DNA of 64,000 nucleotides from the human T2T-CHM13v2.0 reference genome, Homo sapiens, in NCBI RefSeq assembly GCF_009914755.1, contig NC_060940.1, one strand, 5' to 3'. Both the position numbers and the translations under genes were made by a program. This document shows positions 26,656 through 42,954 of the stretch, one piece after another; positions within the stretch are counted from its first letter, which is position 1, and each line of letters opens with the position of its first letter. The notes beneath the pieces were generated by a model, which was not told the origin of the DNA, ran no database searches, and saw nothing but the letters and a program-made list of their open reading frames with translations.

Positions 26656-27269
26656 GGTGGCCTGTGGCTACTGTCAGCTCCATGTGGGCAAGTGGTCTGG
26701 GTAGAGTGGTTTTTGGCACCTTTTCCTGTAGCTGTCAGCACTTTGGGGAGGCCCCAGCACCTGCTGCAAAGCCCCCACCTCACTGTCAGCTGCAGGTGCC
26801 TGGATCAAGTACAGGAAAGGAACCCAGCTTGGAATCCAGCCTCTGAGAGGGGGCAGATTGTTTGTGAAGAGGTGTTTTGTCCTCCCAGGAGCCTTCTATC
26901 TTATTAATCTCCTTGTCCAACAAAATGGTTCCCCAGGCACTAAAATCAAATCAACAGCTTCTACCTTTGCAAAACAGAGGCTGTTTTAATTGAGATATTG
27001 GAAGATGTATTTCCTTCATTACTACCTAATGGAAAATCCTTATGCCTGATCAATTTGGGTACGGTTGAAGTAGTCACTGCTATAAATTAGATTAATCTAA
27101 GGTTATTCTCATTAAAAACCAATATCCAATAGTTTTGGGAAATATGGCAAGTTCTGCTGCAGAGAAGCTTTGGAAAGTATCAAGACTGGTGAGACTTGCT
27201 GCCTCTTGAAAAGTACCATGCCATTCAGCCTTCTAAGAGGGCAGGAAATGATGCGTAAGGCTCCCTAAG

Positions 27270-27460
27270 TAGATTCTGAGGCACAGTGCTAGGCCCTTTT
27301 GTGTGCATTTTCTCACCTAATCCTCACAGTAACACAATGAGGTAGTCTATTCATATTTTCATTTTGTAAATGAAGAAACGGAGGCCCAGAATAGTGCCAC
27401 CAAATCAGAGAGCACCAGAGCGTATTTGAGCCCAGGAGCTTAGCCACAATATTGCCTCCC
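27270..27460 (-). mobile_element. MIR
   Basis: taatcctcacagtaac...attttgtaaatgaagaaacggaggcccaga. Confidence 0.75.
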
Positions 27461-27662
27461 TCTCAACTGTTTCCCAAGGTAGCTAGTCTTAGTACAGTGA
27501 ATATTCCCGCTTCTGGCTGGGAATGGTCAGCAAAGAGCATTGATTAAGCTTGGTGGCCTTCTGAGTCCTGTGTCTGTTCCTGAGACAAAGATGCCACTCC
27601 TCCAAAGGGAGTCAAGCTTGATGGAAAATGAATAGGCTGTAAAATCAGATCAACTTATTTTC

Positions 27663-27840
27663 TATCACTTCCTGTCTCCCATCACTTTCTGTCTCCCATT
27701 ATTTCCTATCTTCCATCACTTCCTGTCTCCCATCACTTCCTGTGTCCCATAGCTTCCTGTCTCCCTCACTTCCTGTCTCCCATTATTTTTTGTCTTCCAT
27801 CACTTCCTGTCTCACATTATTTCTTGTCTCCCATCACCTC
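27663..27840. repeat. 17-bp minisatellite, ~10.5 copies, within a MIR
   Basis: Unit catcacttcctgtctcc; MIR continues at ~27855-28040 (aagttacttgacctctctaagtct). Confidence 0.92.
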
Positions 27841-28044
27841 TTATATTCCATTCCTTCCTTGTTGTTGATCTTGCATAAGTTACTTGACCTCTCTAAGTCT
27901 TGGTTTCTGTATTGTTTAATAAGCATAATAATGTCCACATTTCAGAAGAATAGTGAGAATTAACTATGATTATGTACATGAACTACTTATTCAAGACAGT
28001 GATTCTTTTTTAATTATAGTAGGCCCTCAATAAATCTTGATTCC

Positions 28045-28409
28045 TGATTTGGTTTTGTGGTATTTCCACCCAAATCTCATCTTGAGTTATAGTTTCCATA
28101 ATCCCCATATGTCATGGGCAGGACCCAGTGGAAGGTAATTGAGTCATGGGGGTGGGTTTTTTTGCATGCTGTTCTCGAGATAGTGAGTTCTCATAAGATC
28201 TGATGGTTTTATAAGGGGCTTTTCTCCTTTTGCTCGGCACTCATTCTTCTCTCTCCTGCTGCCCTATGAAGAGGCGCCTTGTGCCATGATTGTAAGTTTC
28301 CTGCAGCATCCCCAGCCGTGCAGAACTGTGAGTCAATTAAACCTTTTTTCTTTATAAATTCCCCAGTCTCAGGTATTTCTTAATAGCAATGTGAGAACGA
28401 GCTAATACG
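28045..28409 (+). mobile_element. THE1D/MSTA-like MaLR LTR
   Basis: cccaaatctcatcttga...gatctgatggttttataagg...gagtcaattaaacc...ctaatac. Confidence 0.88.
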
Positions 28410-28574
28410 ACTCTTCTCCTGACTTTCTTCCTGTTTTTTTTTTTTTCAATCAAAAGTCTCCTGGGCAAGTTGGTGCATACAGCTTCATAAAAATAACTAT
28501 GAAATGGCTCTTAGAAGACCTCCAGTGGTTGGAGGCCTATAGTAAGAAGCAAGTGGATGGTCAGAAAGAGGATG

Positions 28575-29010
28575 CTGCTGTGGTCACCAGGAGCAGAAAC
28601 TCCATTAGGCTAGCTCAAGTCAAAGGGGTTTGTTGAAAGGAGATTGGTGTATCTCACAGCAGGTCTCCAGAGCCTGGATGTAGATCTGGGAAATCAGCAG
28701 AATTGCGCAGAATTGTTCAGGCCCCTTCTCAGGGGCTGTGTGGACTGCCATCCCTGTTTTTCTGCTCAGCTACTTTATTGTCTTCTCACTATAGGCTTTC
28801 CCTGTTTACTCATCTACCCTTGTCCAGCCCTTGACTTTTCCAGATGGTAGCCTCTTCTCTGAGTCTGTGGGACTTTTCGGCTTGGCTTCCAATAGCTTTT
28901 TGGCTCAGTCTCTGAATGTACTAATTCTAAAATCCCAGAAGAGAGAATTTTATTGGACCAGATTTGCACAATTGTCCAACCCTGGTCCAGTCCACTGTGA
29001 ATGGTGATTT
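28575..29010 (-). mobile_element. Old MLT1 (N2/O-like) LTR fragment
   Basis: gcagaaactccattaggctagctcaag...aaatcccagaagagagaattttattggaccag...cctggtccagtccactgtg. Confidence 0.45.
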
Positions 29011-29269
29011 TATTTCTACCAGGGTTTGGACAGGGTGAGTTTCCTAAGATGTGTGATTGAGGAAATAATGTTTGGCATCTCAAATAGATTGGGCTTTCTA
29101 CAAACTCATTAAGGGAATGAGGAACCATCCAGATCAGAAGTAGACCAAGAAGGACTTGTTTTTCTTTCCTTGTTTACTTTCACTTCACATTGTAATTCAT
29201 ATCCAAGAGCTCAAGAACTAGAGAGTGGTGCTGGATATATGGTGTAGATTTTCTCAAAATTGACTATTT

Positions 29270-29362
29270 TACATATATGTATACACACACACACACACGT
29301 ACATATACTGGCTTTTACACATTTTACATATATATGTGTATATTTATAAAATATGCAAAAGC

Positions 29363-29398
<36 letters not shown>
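29270..29398. repeat. (TA)/(CA)n and (TG)16 microsatellites
   Basis: CA run ~29283-29298; TG run 29366-29398. Confidence 0.9.
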
Positions 29399-29400
<2 letters not shown>

Positions 29401-30267
29401 TGGCTTTTATTGGGAAAAGTTTCTCATGGAGCCCCAGTGTTGACTTAAATTATTCAAAACTAATGTTAAACTTAAATTAATATTATTTAAAGAGTGCAAA
29501 CATAAAACAACCTATAAATGCCTTATGCTTGTTGCTGTTATGCAGCTGCAAAGCTAAAACAAATTTATAAATTAAATGCAAACAGACCTAAAAAACCAAT
29601 AAAATCCAAATTAGAAACATTAATTTAATGTGATGGATGATGTTCCTTGGTTGAAACTAAATCACTTCTCATAAAGTGCATCGTATACTGACTGCTGGAG
29701 TGTGGGTTCTTCTGAGTTAGATGAGCATGGACAACTGTTTGCCACATGAAAGCCCCATTGTTCCACCATTTTCAATCTCCAAAGTGACATTTTTTTTGAC
29801 CCTCACCATTGCTCTTCATCACTGATGTGTCAAGATCCCCTCTGCTTTTTCCCATCAGCTCAAGACTATTCAGATTTTACTACTTGGCAACAAGGAGATT
29901 GTAAATACAACCATATGTGCTCAAGCATGCTGAAGGACAAACTAATTAAGTGGGTCAACCAGTGATGCCAAAAATGCAAGTGTTAATTTAGAGTAGATTA
30001 AGAAATGAGAGGAAATCCATAAACCTGCAAGGATATGTCCATGTTTGAAGTCCAGGACCAGACCTGGATTAGTGGTTCATATTAGTGGGTTCTGGTTCTA
30101 CCTCCATTCCTCTCCAGGGGTGCAACTCTAGGGAGTCCTTTTATCTCTTGACATCCTCAACTGTGAAGCGAAGGTCCCTGTCCTGCATGAGGCACAAACG
30201 TATTATAAGGAACACAGAAACAGAGTATGTGAAAATGCTTTCAAAATGACAGATTCAAGATGATGGC

Positions 30268-30655
30268 TGTTATGAGTTGAACCGCATCCCTATCCCCCTA
30301 ACCCCCACTCCCACACATTCGTATGTTGAGGTTCTAACCCCTGGGGGCATCAGAATGTGACTGTATTTGGAGATAAGACCTTTAAAGAGGTAACTAAGGT
30401 GGATGGGTGGCCCTCATCCATCCTGACTGCTGCTGTTATAAGAAGAGGAGATGAGAACACGAATGTACAGAAGGAGAACTGTGTGGCACAGGGAGAAGCC
30501 ATCTTCAGGCCAAGGAGAGAGGCTCCAAAAGAAAACCTTGCGGACATCTTGATCTCAAACTCCAAGCCTCCAGAACTGTGAGAGAAGTAAATTTCTGTTG
30601 TTTAAGCCACCCAGGCTGTGATACTTTGTGGTGGCAACCCTAGCAAAGTAATAAA
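30268..30655 (+). mobile_element. MLT1B-like LTR
   Basis: cagaatgtgactgtatttggagataag...ctccagaactgtgagag...tttaagccaccc...ctagcaaagtaata. Confidence 0.85.
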
Positions 30656-30871
30656 GTGGTGAAATTGGCAAGTTTTGAGTGCCAGCAGTTCATGAGTAGA
30701 ATATCTGGGCTCCCATGCTAGCATGGTTGTTTTTCATGTCCTGGGGCAGTACTTTTACTATCCTGACTAACCTTCTCTGAGATGGGGGATCTGTAAGTGC
30801 TCTCTTTTATCATTATGGGATAAATGTGGTAGGAGGCAGATATGCTCACCCATACTTAATTTGTTAAAATA

Positions 30872-31168
30872 GGCTGAGCTGGGTATGGTGGCTCATGCCT
30901 GTAATCCCAGTGCTCTGGGAAGCTGAGATGGGAGGATCACTTGAACCCAGGAGTTTGAGATCAGCCTGGGCAACCAGGGGAGACCTTGTCTCTATGAAAA
31001 ATAAAAAAAATTATCCAGGTGTGGTGGTGTATACCTGTGGTTTCAGCTACACTGGAGGCTGAGGCAAGAAGATTGCTTGAGCCCAGGAGGTCAAGGCTGC
31101 AGTGAACGAAGATTATCTCCCTGCACTCCAGCCTGAATGATAGAGTGAGATGGTGTCTCAGAAAAAAA
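30872..31168 (+). mobile_element. AluJ
   Basis: ggaggatcacttgaacccaggagttt...gcccaggaggtcaaggctgcagtg. Confidence 0.93.
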
Positions 31169-31284
31169 TGGCTGTTAAATACTCTAGACCTGTTATTTAT
31201 GGATAAGACAGCCTGGGCGACTTGTTCCCTGAGAACTCAGTGCCTTGTTTTTTCTTTAAAACTTATCTAGAGGCTCATCTTTCT

Positions 31285-31710
31285 CATTTATTCATGAATG
31301 CATTCATTCATTCAATAATTCTTTATTGAGCCCATACTTGAAGCCATTTACTGTGATGAATAAGTGCTATAGTTATAGTGGTGAGCAAGGCAGATATATC
31401 TCCTGCCCTCAGGGAGATTCCAGTCTATTGGAAGTGGATATTAAAGGAGTAAACTGATAAACGTATAACTAAATGATGCAGGATGTGCGATGAAGCAGAG
31501 GTACAGGATGTGATGGAATCATTTAAAGAACGTGGGAGCATCATTCCAGGGAGGGGAATGGCTTGTGTGTAACCCCAGAGGGGAAAGAGGAAGAGGCTAT
31601 TGTGGCTGGAGAGAGATGAGTGAAGGAGAGAAGACAGGAAAGGGAGAGTGTGGGGCTGTTTCACTTAGGATCTTGTAGGCTGAAGTAAAGATTTTGGAAT
31701 TCCTACCCAT
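31285..31710 (-). mobile_element. L2 3' region
   Basis: cattcattcattcaat...ttattgagc...cctgccctcaggg...ggatcttgtaggc. Confidence 0.75.
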
Positions 31711-31714
31711 TAGA

Positions 31715-33090
31715 AAATTTTCATGTTCAGGTAGTAGGAATCTCAGCTTGAAATGGCTTGAAGTCCAGCAATAAGGAAATTTATTCTTTTACCTAACAAG
31801 CAATCAAGAGGCAGAGTGGTACAGCTGACTCATTTAGATGGCTAACTCACCCCCTGTCTTCTCAGCCACCATTCAGACTTGGGCGTCCATGTCATCTACA
31901 TCTGGCTGATGAACTGGAAATGAAACTGTTCTGGGGTTTCTGGGAAAACATTTTCACAATTCTCTCCCTTCCTATATCCTTCTGCTGAGACTGGGATGCA
32001 ATGCAATGGCTAGAGCTACAGAAACCATCTTGTCATGTTGAGGGAAAGGCTATGTGGTAGATTATATTCTTGATCACATCTATTTGCTCTCTCTTCTGAA
32101 AAGAGACTGTATATGCTCGTCTCACCATATGGCTTGCAAAACTGATCTGTAGGAGGAACATACTTCCCCTCTTTATTGTCAGACTTAGGCTGTGTAATTT
32201 TGTCTGATAGAATGTGAGCAGAGATGACAGTTTGGCTATCTGAGCAGAAGTCTAAATGCAGTTATGTGCTTAGACTTGGCCTCTTTGATCAAGTTTCCCT
32301 CTTTGGGTAGAATGGGAATTGCCCACATGGGGTCTGCTCCTTCATTCTGGGTCCTGGAGTGAAGTTACACGGGGAGAGCCACAGCCAACTGCAGCCTGTG
32401 TGTGTCCCTTGAGTAAGAAAAGCATATTGTTAAAGTCCATGGAGATTTGGGGGACATCTGTTAGGTTAATAGAGATTAATGGACATCAAGTAGATACTGA
32501 ACCAGCCCCTAACCTCTGGAACTTATATTTTATGAGAAAAATAAGCCCCTATCTGTTTGGGTGGTTGCAGTCTGGCTTTCCAACCCTTGCAGCTGAAAGC
32601 ATTCCTCCCTGAGATGAGGAGTCACAGAGCTGGTTGACACAGAGGTTTAGTGTCACCACCAGGGTCCCCAACTCCTTTATCTTTCCATCTGGCATGCCCA
32701 GTGCTTTCTCAAGGGAGGCCCCTCAAGTTTGCACAACTGCTGCCCCAGGTCCGTGCAATTCATGCAGACTCAGCAGCTTTTGCTGTTGGGGGTGGGGTGG
32801 GGTGGGGGGGTGGAAAAAGAAAAAAGATCATTCCAGCCTTGTACATTTGATTTTAGGATCCCAAATCATTTCTTAGAAGGCTGTGGCACATATCTCTTTG
32901 TATCCTCCATCTTCCCAGTGTCTCATTGACCCGAACCTGTCAACGAACCTATCTGTAAACCTATTGCCTTGGTCAGTGAGTGAGGCCGCCATGATTGGCC
33001 TCTGCAGATGAGAATTTCCCAGAGTCACAGGGGACAGGTGGACACCAGAAGGCAATTGGAGCTCTGCCATCATGGACAAGAAACTTGCCT
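31715..33090. mobile_element. Nested old LTRs: MLT1K/L-like (-) > LTR33/16-like (+, ~31850-32612) > MLT1I/J-like (+, ~32052-32465)
   Basis: gaatgtgagcagagatgac (MLT1); ttgcagctgaaagcattcct (LTR33/16 end); tctcattgacccgaac...atgattggc (MLT1K/L). Confidence 0.5.
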
Positions 33091-33599
33091 CTAGGTTTTG
33101 TAAGCAATCAGGTCTGCTGCAGATCTCCCTGGGAGTTATGTCTGAGCCCAAGACTTGGTTAGGGACAATGATCTCCTGTTCACACAATATACCCAGGTAT
33201 GCATCTCATTTCAAACTGCACTGCAATGCTATCCTTCTCCAACATGTCTCTCACCCCGGAAGTTCACATGTTATTCCTCTTCATATCCCTAGCTTTTGTC
33301 CAGAACTTGACGAGTCATGAGTGCCCAGGACATGTTGAGATGGATGGATGGAGATGGGGATGCCCTGGAGGAGTCAGATTACAGAGGAGGCTGAGGAGGG
33401 AAAAGACTTACTAGGCTGTAAGATACACAGGGGCTGTGACTTCCTCATCTCTGTATTCCCAGCACCCGGGATTCGACTGGGGTTCTGGAAATGTTTCTTG
33501 AGTGAATATGTGACCACATGCTGGAGGCAGCCAGGCTCTCTGGAGTAAGCTCATGCTCCTTCATTCACTTTTAAGGAGTAAGCTCAGCTCCTCTCCATT

Positions 33600-33830
33600 T
33601 TGAAGGGTTAAACCCATGGAGGAATTAAGATCTAGGTTCAAATCTGAGCTCTTCTACTTTTTTATTGCATGGCCATGGACAAGTCCATGTACCTCTTTGA
33701 GTCTCTGTTTGTTCATCTGTAAAATGGGTCTCATAATAGAGCTCATCTTGGTGTTGTGATGTGCGTAAAGCACGTTGCATACATACATAGGTCCTGGGGA
33801 GCATTGAGGAAACGGTGGAGCATCTGTTTA
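33600..33830 (+). mobile_element. MIR
   Basis: ctaggttcaaatctgagctc...catctgtaaaatggg. Confidence 0.75.
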
Positions 33831-34442
33831 GGAAGCCACATTTTTTAACTGATACATAGTATTTGCAGATATTTAAGAGGTACATGTAGTATTTCATTAC
33901 ATGCATAGGATGTACAGTGATCAGGATGGGGTACCTAAGATACCCATTACCTCAAACATTTATTATTTCGATGTGTTGGAAAATGTTCAAATCCTCTCTT
34001 CTAGCTATTTTGAGATATACAGTACATTCTTAACTATAGTCACTCTACTCTGCCATGGAAGATGAGATCTTATTCCTTCTTTGTTTGTACCCATTAACCA
34101 GTCTCTCTCATCTCTCCACTCCCCCTCACCCAGACACAACCTTCCCCACCTCTGGTATCTATGATTTTGCTCTCCACCTCCATGAGATGAGTTGCTGTAG
34201 CTTTGAAATAGGAGTAAGAATGCGTCACGTTTGTCTTTCTGTGCCTGGCTTATTTCACTGAACATAATGATGTCCAGTTCTATCCCAACTGCTAAAATGA
34301 CAGGATTCCATTCTTTTTTTATGGCTGAATAGCATTCCATCGTGTATCTATATCACATTTTCTATATTCATCCATCCATTGATGGACACTGAGGTTGATT
34401 CTATAGGCTGTTGTGAATAAAGTGCTGCAAAAAACATGGTGG

Positions 34443-35098
<656 letters not shown>

Positions 35099-35854
35099 CT
35101 GATACACTGATTTCCTTTCCTTTGGAAAAATACCCAGTAGTGGAGTTGCTGGATCAAGTGGTAGTTCTGTCTTCAATTTTTTGAGAAATGTCTATACTCT
35201 TTTTCATAACATTTCCTCTTACTGCCTCCAAGGTGGGGAGAGGATTTGGAAGTAGGGAGAGAACAAGCCGCAGTGGCCCCTGGAGGACCAGGTGTCCTTG
35301 GGGCAGCATGGAGGGGCTGTTGTATCCATCCTGGTTCGGCTGCACAGGGACGGACCAGAAGGTTAAGCGCCCCTCCGCACCCTCCCCCAGCGCTTGCCTC
35401 CTCCCGGCCCAGGACAAGACAAATGGTCTTTAAACATACCACTCATTCAAAGCTAGATAATCCGCCAGCACCTCATAAACTGTGCTGTTTGCAATTTAAA
35501 GGGTTTGTGGTTGAGAAAGTGTCAGATTCCTTCCACCAGCCTCACAGGATGCAATAAAGACACACTCTGGGAGGACCTATTTAAAGAAAACTAAATGTGA
35601 GATGGGTGATCCTCTAGAGCTGAAACAAAGCTGAGCTTTTTGGCTTCCTGAGACTGTGCTCTACGTGCAAACCAGAGTAACTCAGGAGAGTGTGGACATA
35701 TTTCCGTGGTGTGTTACTGGAAGGAAACCATGCTCTGAAACTTCTCCCCATCCCCATTAAACCTTTATTCTTTTGGGTTAAGCATTGCCTTCGAGAGACA
35801 CTTCTATTAAAATTCTTTTGGGAGGGCAAGCCCAGTAAGTCACTTAAAAATGTC

Positions 35855-36277
<423 letters not shown>

Positions 36278-36289
36278 CCTATTCATCAT

Positions 36290-36575
36290 TCTGATTTAAA
36301 CGCTTGTGCTACTTATTCAGGGGAGCCTTCTCTAACTTCCCAGCCCCACAAGTCCCCCACCATACCCTCACCTCCTACCCCACTGGGTGCATTTCTAATA
36401 AGCACCTTATCTACTTTGTCCTTTTAAAGTTGTTTGTGTGATTATTTGATTAATGTCCATCTTCCCCAACACAACTTAACATTCATTAGGGCAAATAATT
36501 CCTTCTTTCTCAACACTGCTCCCCTGGTGTCTAATGCAGGTCTCCTCAGTAGATGTGTTGACTGAGTAAATGGAA
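36290..36575 (+). mobile_element. L2 3' region
   Basis: cagggagccttctctaac...ttaatgtccatcttcccc...ctcagtagatgtgttgactgag. Confidence 0.65.
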
Positions 36576-36709
36576 AGAGGATTGTGATGCTCCCAGGGCA
36601 GAGTGGCTTGTCAGGGACAGCTGTCAGGGTGGTCCAGGGTCCGGTCTTCATCTTTGCAGGGTCAGGAACTTGGTCTGATCATTGTTCCTCAGCTGAGAAG
36701 ACATGGGGA

Positions 36710-37260
<551 letters not shown>

Positions 37261-37649
37261 CCCTCTAACAAAGCTCCCTGTTGCTGCATGCACCAAGTGG
37301 CAAATTTTTAATATTAATTTATAGTAATATAAAAACATCGAAGGCTAGTGCCTCTTTACTTGAAGGCAAGCTTCACATCATGTGAAGCTACTTAGCATGG
37401 CTTCAGGGAGAGGGGAGCTGGTATCAAGGCTGGGATAGTCTGGTCTGTGGTCCCAGGGGGCGGACGGGCAGTCACAGGTGAAACATGTCAACCCCCAGGC
37501 AGTGCATGTGTAGACAGTACCAGCCCCTCTCTTTTATTTTCTCAGCCTCCTTGGCTGCTCAGGCCTCTGTCTCGAGAGTGACTTTGCTTCTCTCTTCCCT
37601 GATGTTCATGGGTTAATTTCATTGTTATCCTTGTCGAAGGAAGCTGTAG

Positions 37650-38054
<405 letters not shown>

Positions 38055-38259
38055 TAATTTTCCCAAGGACACACAAGCAATGAAACAGGCTGGCATCCCA
38101 GCCCAGGTCTGTTATGTTGCAGAGTTTGAACATCTAACCCCCCTGCTGTGCCCCTCTCCCCCAGCCTGCATCCACGTACATTCTGTAAAGTACGTGACCT
38201 ACTGCCTGGCACACACTAGTGTCCATAACGTGTTTGTAGGCAGGAAGCGTGTTATTGTT

Positions 38260-38505
38260 CATAGGAGTTTGAGTTTTGAAGTAAGACTCCTTGCATGGGA
38301 ATCTACTGCTGGCTGTTTGTGTGACCTTGGGCACATTTGCTCGCCTCTCTAACCCTTGGTTTCCTCTTATGCAAAATGGGAGTGATGACAGCAATGGTCC
38401 TTCCCGGGATTTCTGGGAGGCTTAAAGGGATTAATGAGTGTGAAGTGTTCAGCATAGCGCTTGGGACGGTGCCATGTGTCAGTGGCGCTCTTTCAGTAAT
38501 TATGA
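38260..38505 (+). mobile_element. MIR
   Basis: gtgtgaccttgggcac...gtttcctcttatgcaaaatggg...ggattaatgag. Confidence 0.8.
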
Positions 38506-38819
38506 TAGAAACCCAACTCTCACCAGTCTGGAAAGAATTAGGTGGCGACATATTGGAAAGGCTGGTGGAAAATGAAGGCTTGAGGCTTGGCCAGATTGAG
38601 TGCTCCTTTCCTCTCCTCTTTGATTTCTGCTGTGTTGTCCTGATGAGGACCCGCGATGGGCCCTGGGAATTCCAGAGTCAAGTGATCATGTCCTTTTTAC
38701 CAACAGCTTGCCCACAAGGAAGCTGCTTGTACACAAGGACACCTACCTGCAAGGAACACTGGGAAATGGAGTTCGTAGACTCCTCCCCCATACAGCGTCC
38801 TCCATGCTGTTTCTCTTCC

Positions 38820-39030
38820 ACCGGCTTAATGCAGGTGAGGATGGCAATCTTAGAAGCCACATATTGAGGATGGCATTGGAAAGTTGGAAGCAAGATGAAA
38901 AGAGCTTCTCTGTGATTTAGAACAGCTGTTTTGGAGTTTTTTTATATGAGCAAGAAGTAATTTTCTGTGTTTGAGCCACTGAATATGTAGGGGCTTGTTT
39001 GTTACAGCAGCTGGTGATGCGTCTAATTAA
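38820..39030 (+). mobile_element. MLT1 LTR 3' fragment
   Basis: gaagccacatattgaggatggc...tttgagccactga...gtttgttacagcagct. Confidence 0.55.
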
Positions 39031-39868
39031 CATGTACATTATTACCCTTCTTCCTCCCTGTCTTCCCATTGGAGGGCAGGGTTTAGGATGGTTTTTTGGG
39101 TTTTGTGCTTGAGCTGCAGACTTAGGAAAGGGCTGTGGGAGATTTAAGCCCTCTAAGTAGCTCCAGATCTCTTCTGAAATCCTTGTACCTTGCATCTAAG
39201 GGACGATCTTTGAGAGGCCTCCTAAATGACAACCCATCATTGTGGACCTTTGGGTTTTGTCTTGGATACCCTAGGTAACAAAGTGGGCCACTCTAAGAAA
39301 ATATTAGATATCGGTTTAATTGTAAAACATGGAGGCTCCCTGGAGAGCACTCACAGTGACTTCTACCTTTATGAGAAATTGTATTAGTGTGAATTGCCTG
39401 TCAGGATGTTTAAACAGCCCCTCAGAGCACCTAATAGCTCACTCCTAGTCATTATACATCACTAATGGGTGCTCAACATTCAAACACCTATTTACTGCAT
39501 GGATTTAGTCGTCCTGGAGGACCTATTTCTGATTAAATAATTCATGATTTCAGAGTGTCTAAATACTGTCTATATGCCCAGGGCTGCACTTCTGGGTCCT
39601 AAGGTTCTGCTCGAGACATTCCCGTGAGCTTCCTTGACGATGATCCACAGAGGCGTTCCTTTGTGCCCAGTGCTGAAGCTACGGTGCCTATCAGTTTTCC
39701 GTGGGGGAGTGTAGGACCTGCAGATTTCTGGCCCCCACCCTAGAGAGCGTGACTCAGTAGATCTGGGTTTAGAATGCCCATTTTTAAAGGCACATCATTC
39801 ATCTTAGGAGTATGTGTTGCACATTTACGTTGTGTTAACTCTGTGCTTGGCACCGGGGCCACATCTGA

Positions 39869-40381
<513 letters not shown>

Positions 40382-40664
40382 ACCAATTCTCTAATTTTCT
40401 ATTACTCATAAACCTGATTCTCATCTGGTTGCATGCAGTGGAGTAACCACTGGCTCTCTCCCTTCTTGGACCTCCTGCTTGTGCCAAGACCTGCTTTCTC
40501 TCTCATCAGTGTCCATAAGATCTTCCTCCTCAGCACAAGTCACATTAATAGAGGACTCTCAGGCTGTGCAACTGTGTGCAAAGTACTTCACCTTTCTTGG
40601 CCTTACTTGCCCCACCTATAAAATGGGAATGATCATTATTTACCTGCCTGAGGGTGCGTGACTT

Positions 40665-41575
<911 letters not shown>

Positions 41576-41689
41576 CCCTTAGAGCCTGAGAGCTCTGATT
41601 CTTGAGCATAATTGAAAGAACCTTATTCCCAGCAGTCCGAGGTACAGCAAGACAACATCCTGATGTGATAATGGTGAGGACGGCTGCAA

Positions 41690-41920
41690 CACCACTATCT
41701 CCTACTTCTTAACTGCTTCTTTTGTGCCTGGCCTTTCTCTCATTTATTGCTCTTATCGACCCTGTGGGGTAAGCTTCTAGAACCCCATTTTAAGGATACA
41801 GAATCAGGGTTCAGAGATGTGAAGTGACTTGCCCAAGGTCAAGCAGCTATTAGATGGAGGAGTTAGGATGTCAACCCAGACCACTCGACAATAGGACATG
41901 CATTTCACCTCTACCCTATA
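41690..41920 (-). mobile_element. MIR
   Basis: cagagatgtgaagtgacttgcccaaggtcaagcagct. Confidence 0.78.
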
Positions 41921-41975
41921 AAGTCTTCAAGCTAAACTGTAAACATTGGTGTTCAGTAGGTGTTACTCTCTGCGG

Positions 41976-42204
41976 CAGCGTTTCTTAACATCTACACTGT
42001 GGACATTTTGGCTAGAAAATTCTGTTGTTGGGGTGATATTCTGTGCATTGTGGAATGTTTAGCAGCAACCTTGGCCTCTACCCATGAGAGACCAGCAGCA
42101 GCCACCTCTTCCCAACCCATTCCCAGGTGAGACTACCAAAAACATCTCTAAACATTGCAGAACATCCCTTGAGGGGCAAAACTATCCCCAGTTGAGAAGC
42201 ACTG
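41976..42204. mobile_element. MER20
   Basis: ggacattttgg...tgtgcattgtggaatgtttagcagc...caaaaacatctctaaacattg...gttgagaagcactg. Confidence 0.88.
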
Positions 42205-42235
42205 CTCTAGGGGAGTCCCTTTTAAAATCACAGTC

Positions 42236-42581
<346 letters not shown>

Positions 42582-42954
42582 AATCACAGTCCAGGTGGTC
42601 TGGGAAGGTGGGATACTTTAGGGGATGCTCAGAGGAGTTGTTCGTCAGCCCACCTCAGGCACTCTGGGGTGGGTTGTGGCTCCAGCAAAGGGATGGGGTG
42701 GGAAGGAGCATGTATCTTGCAGCAGACAGGGGTACTTCACATTGTTAAATCCTGGGAAATTTAGGCTGGGGTTCCATGGCCAGTTTTGATTACCGTTTGT
42801 CCATGTTGTTACCGATCTTTAAAGTTTGGTTGTGGAAAATTGAGAACTCACAAAGGCTTAGAAGTAGGGGTAATAGAACTAGCTTCTTTCTTTAAGTTCA
42901 CTCTTTATTTGTTAAGTACCTTTTAGCATGGGGCAATAATGAGGGACTGTTGAA

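Noticed and set aside
38337-38867. 176-aa ORF
   Set aside because: Begins in a MIR and runs through probable LTR relics; no recognisable domain.
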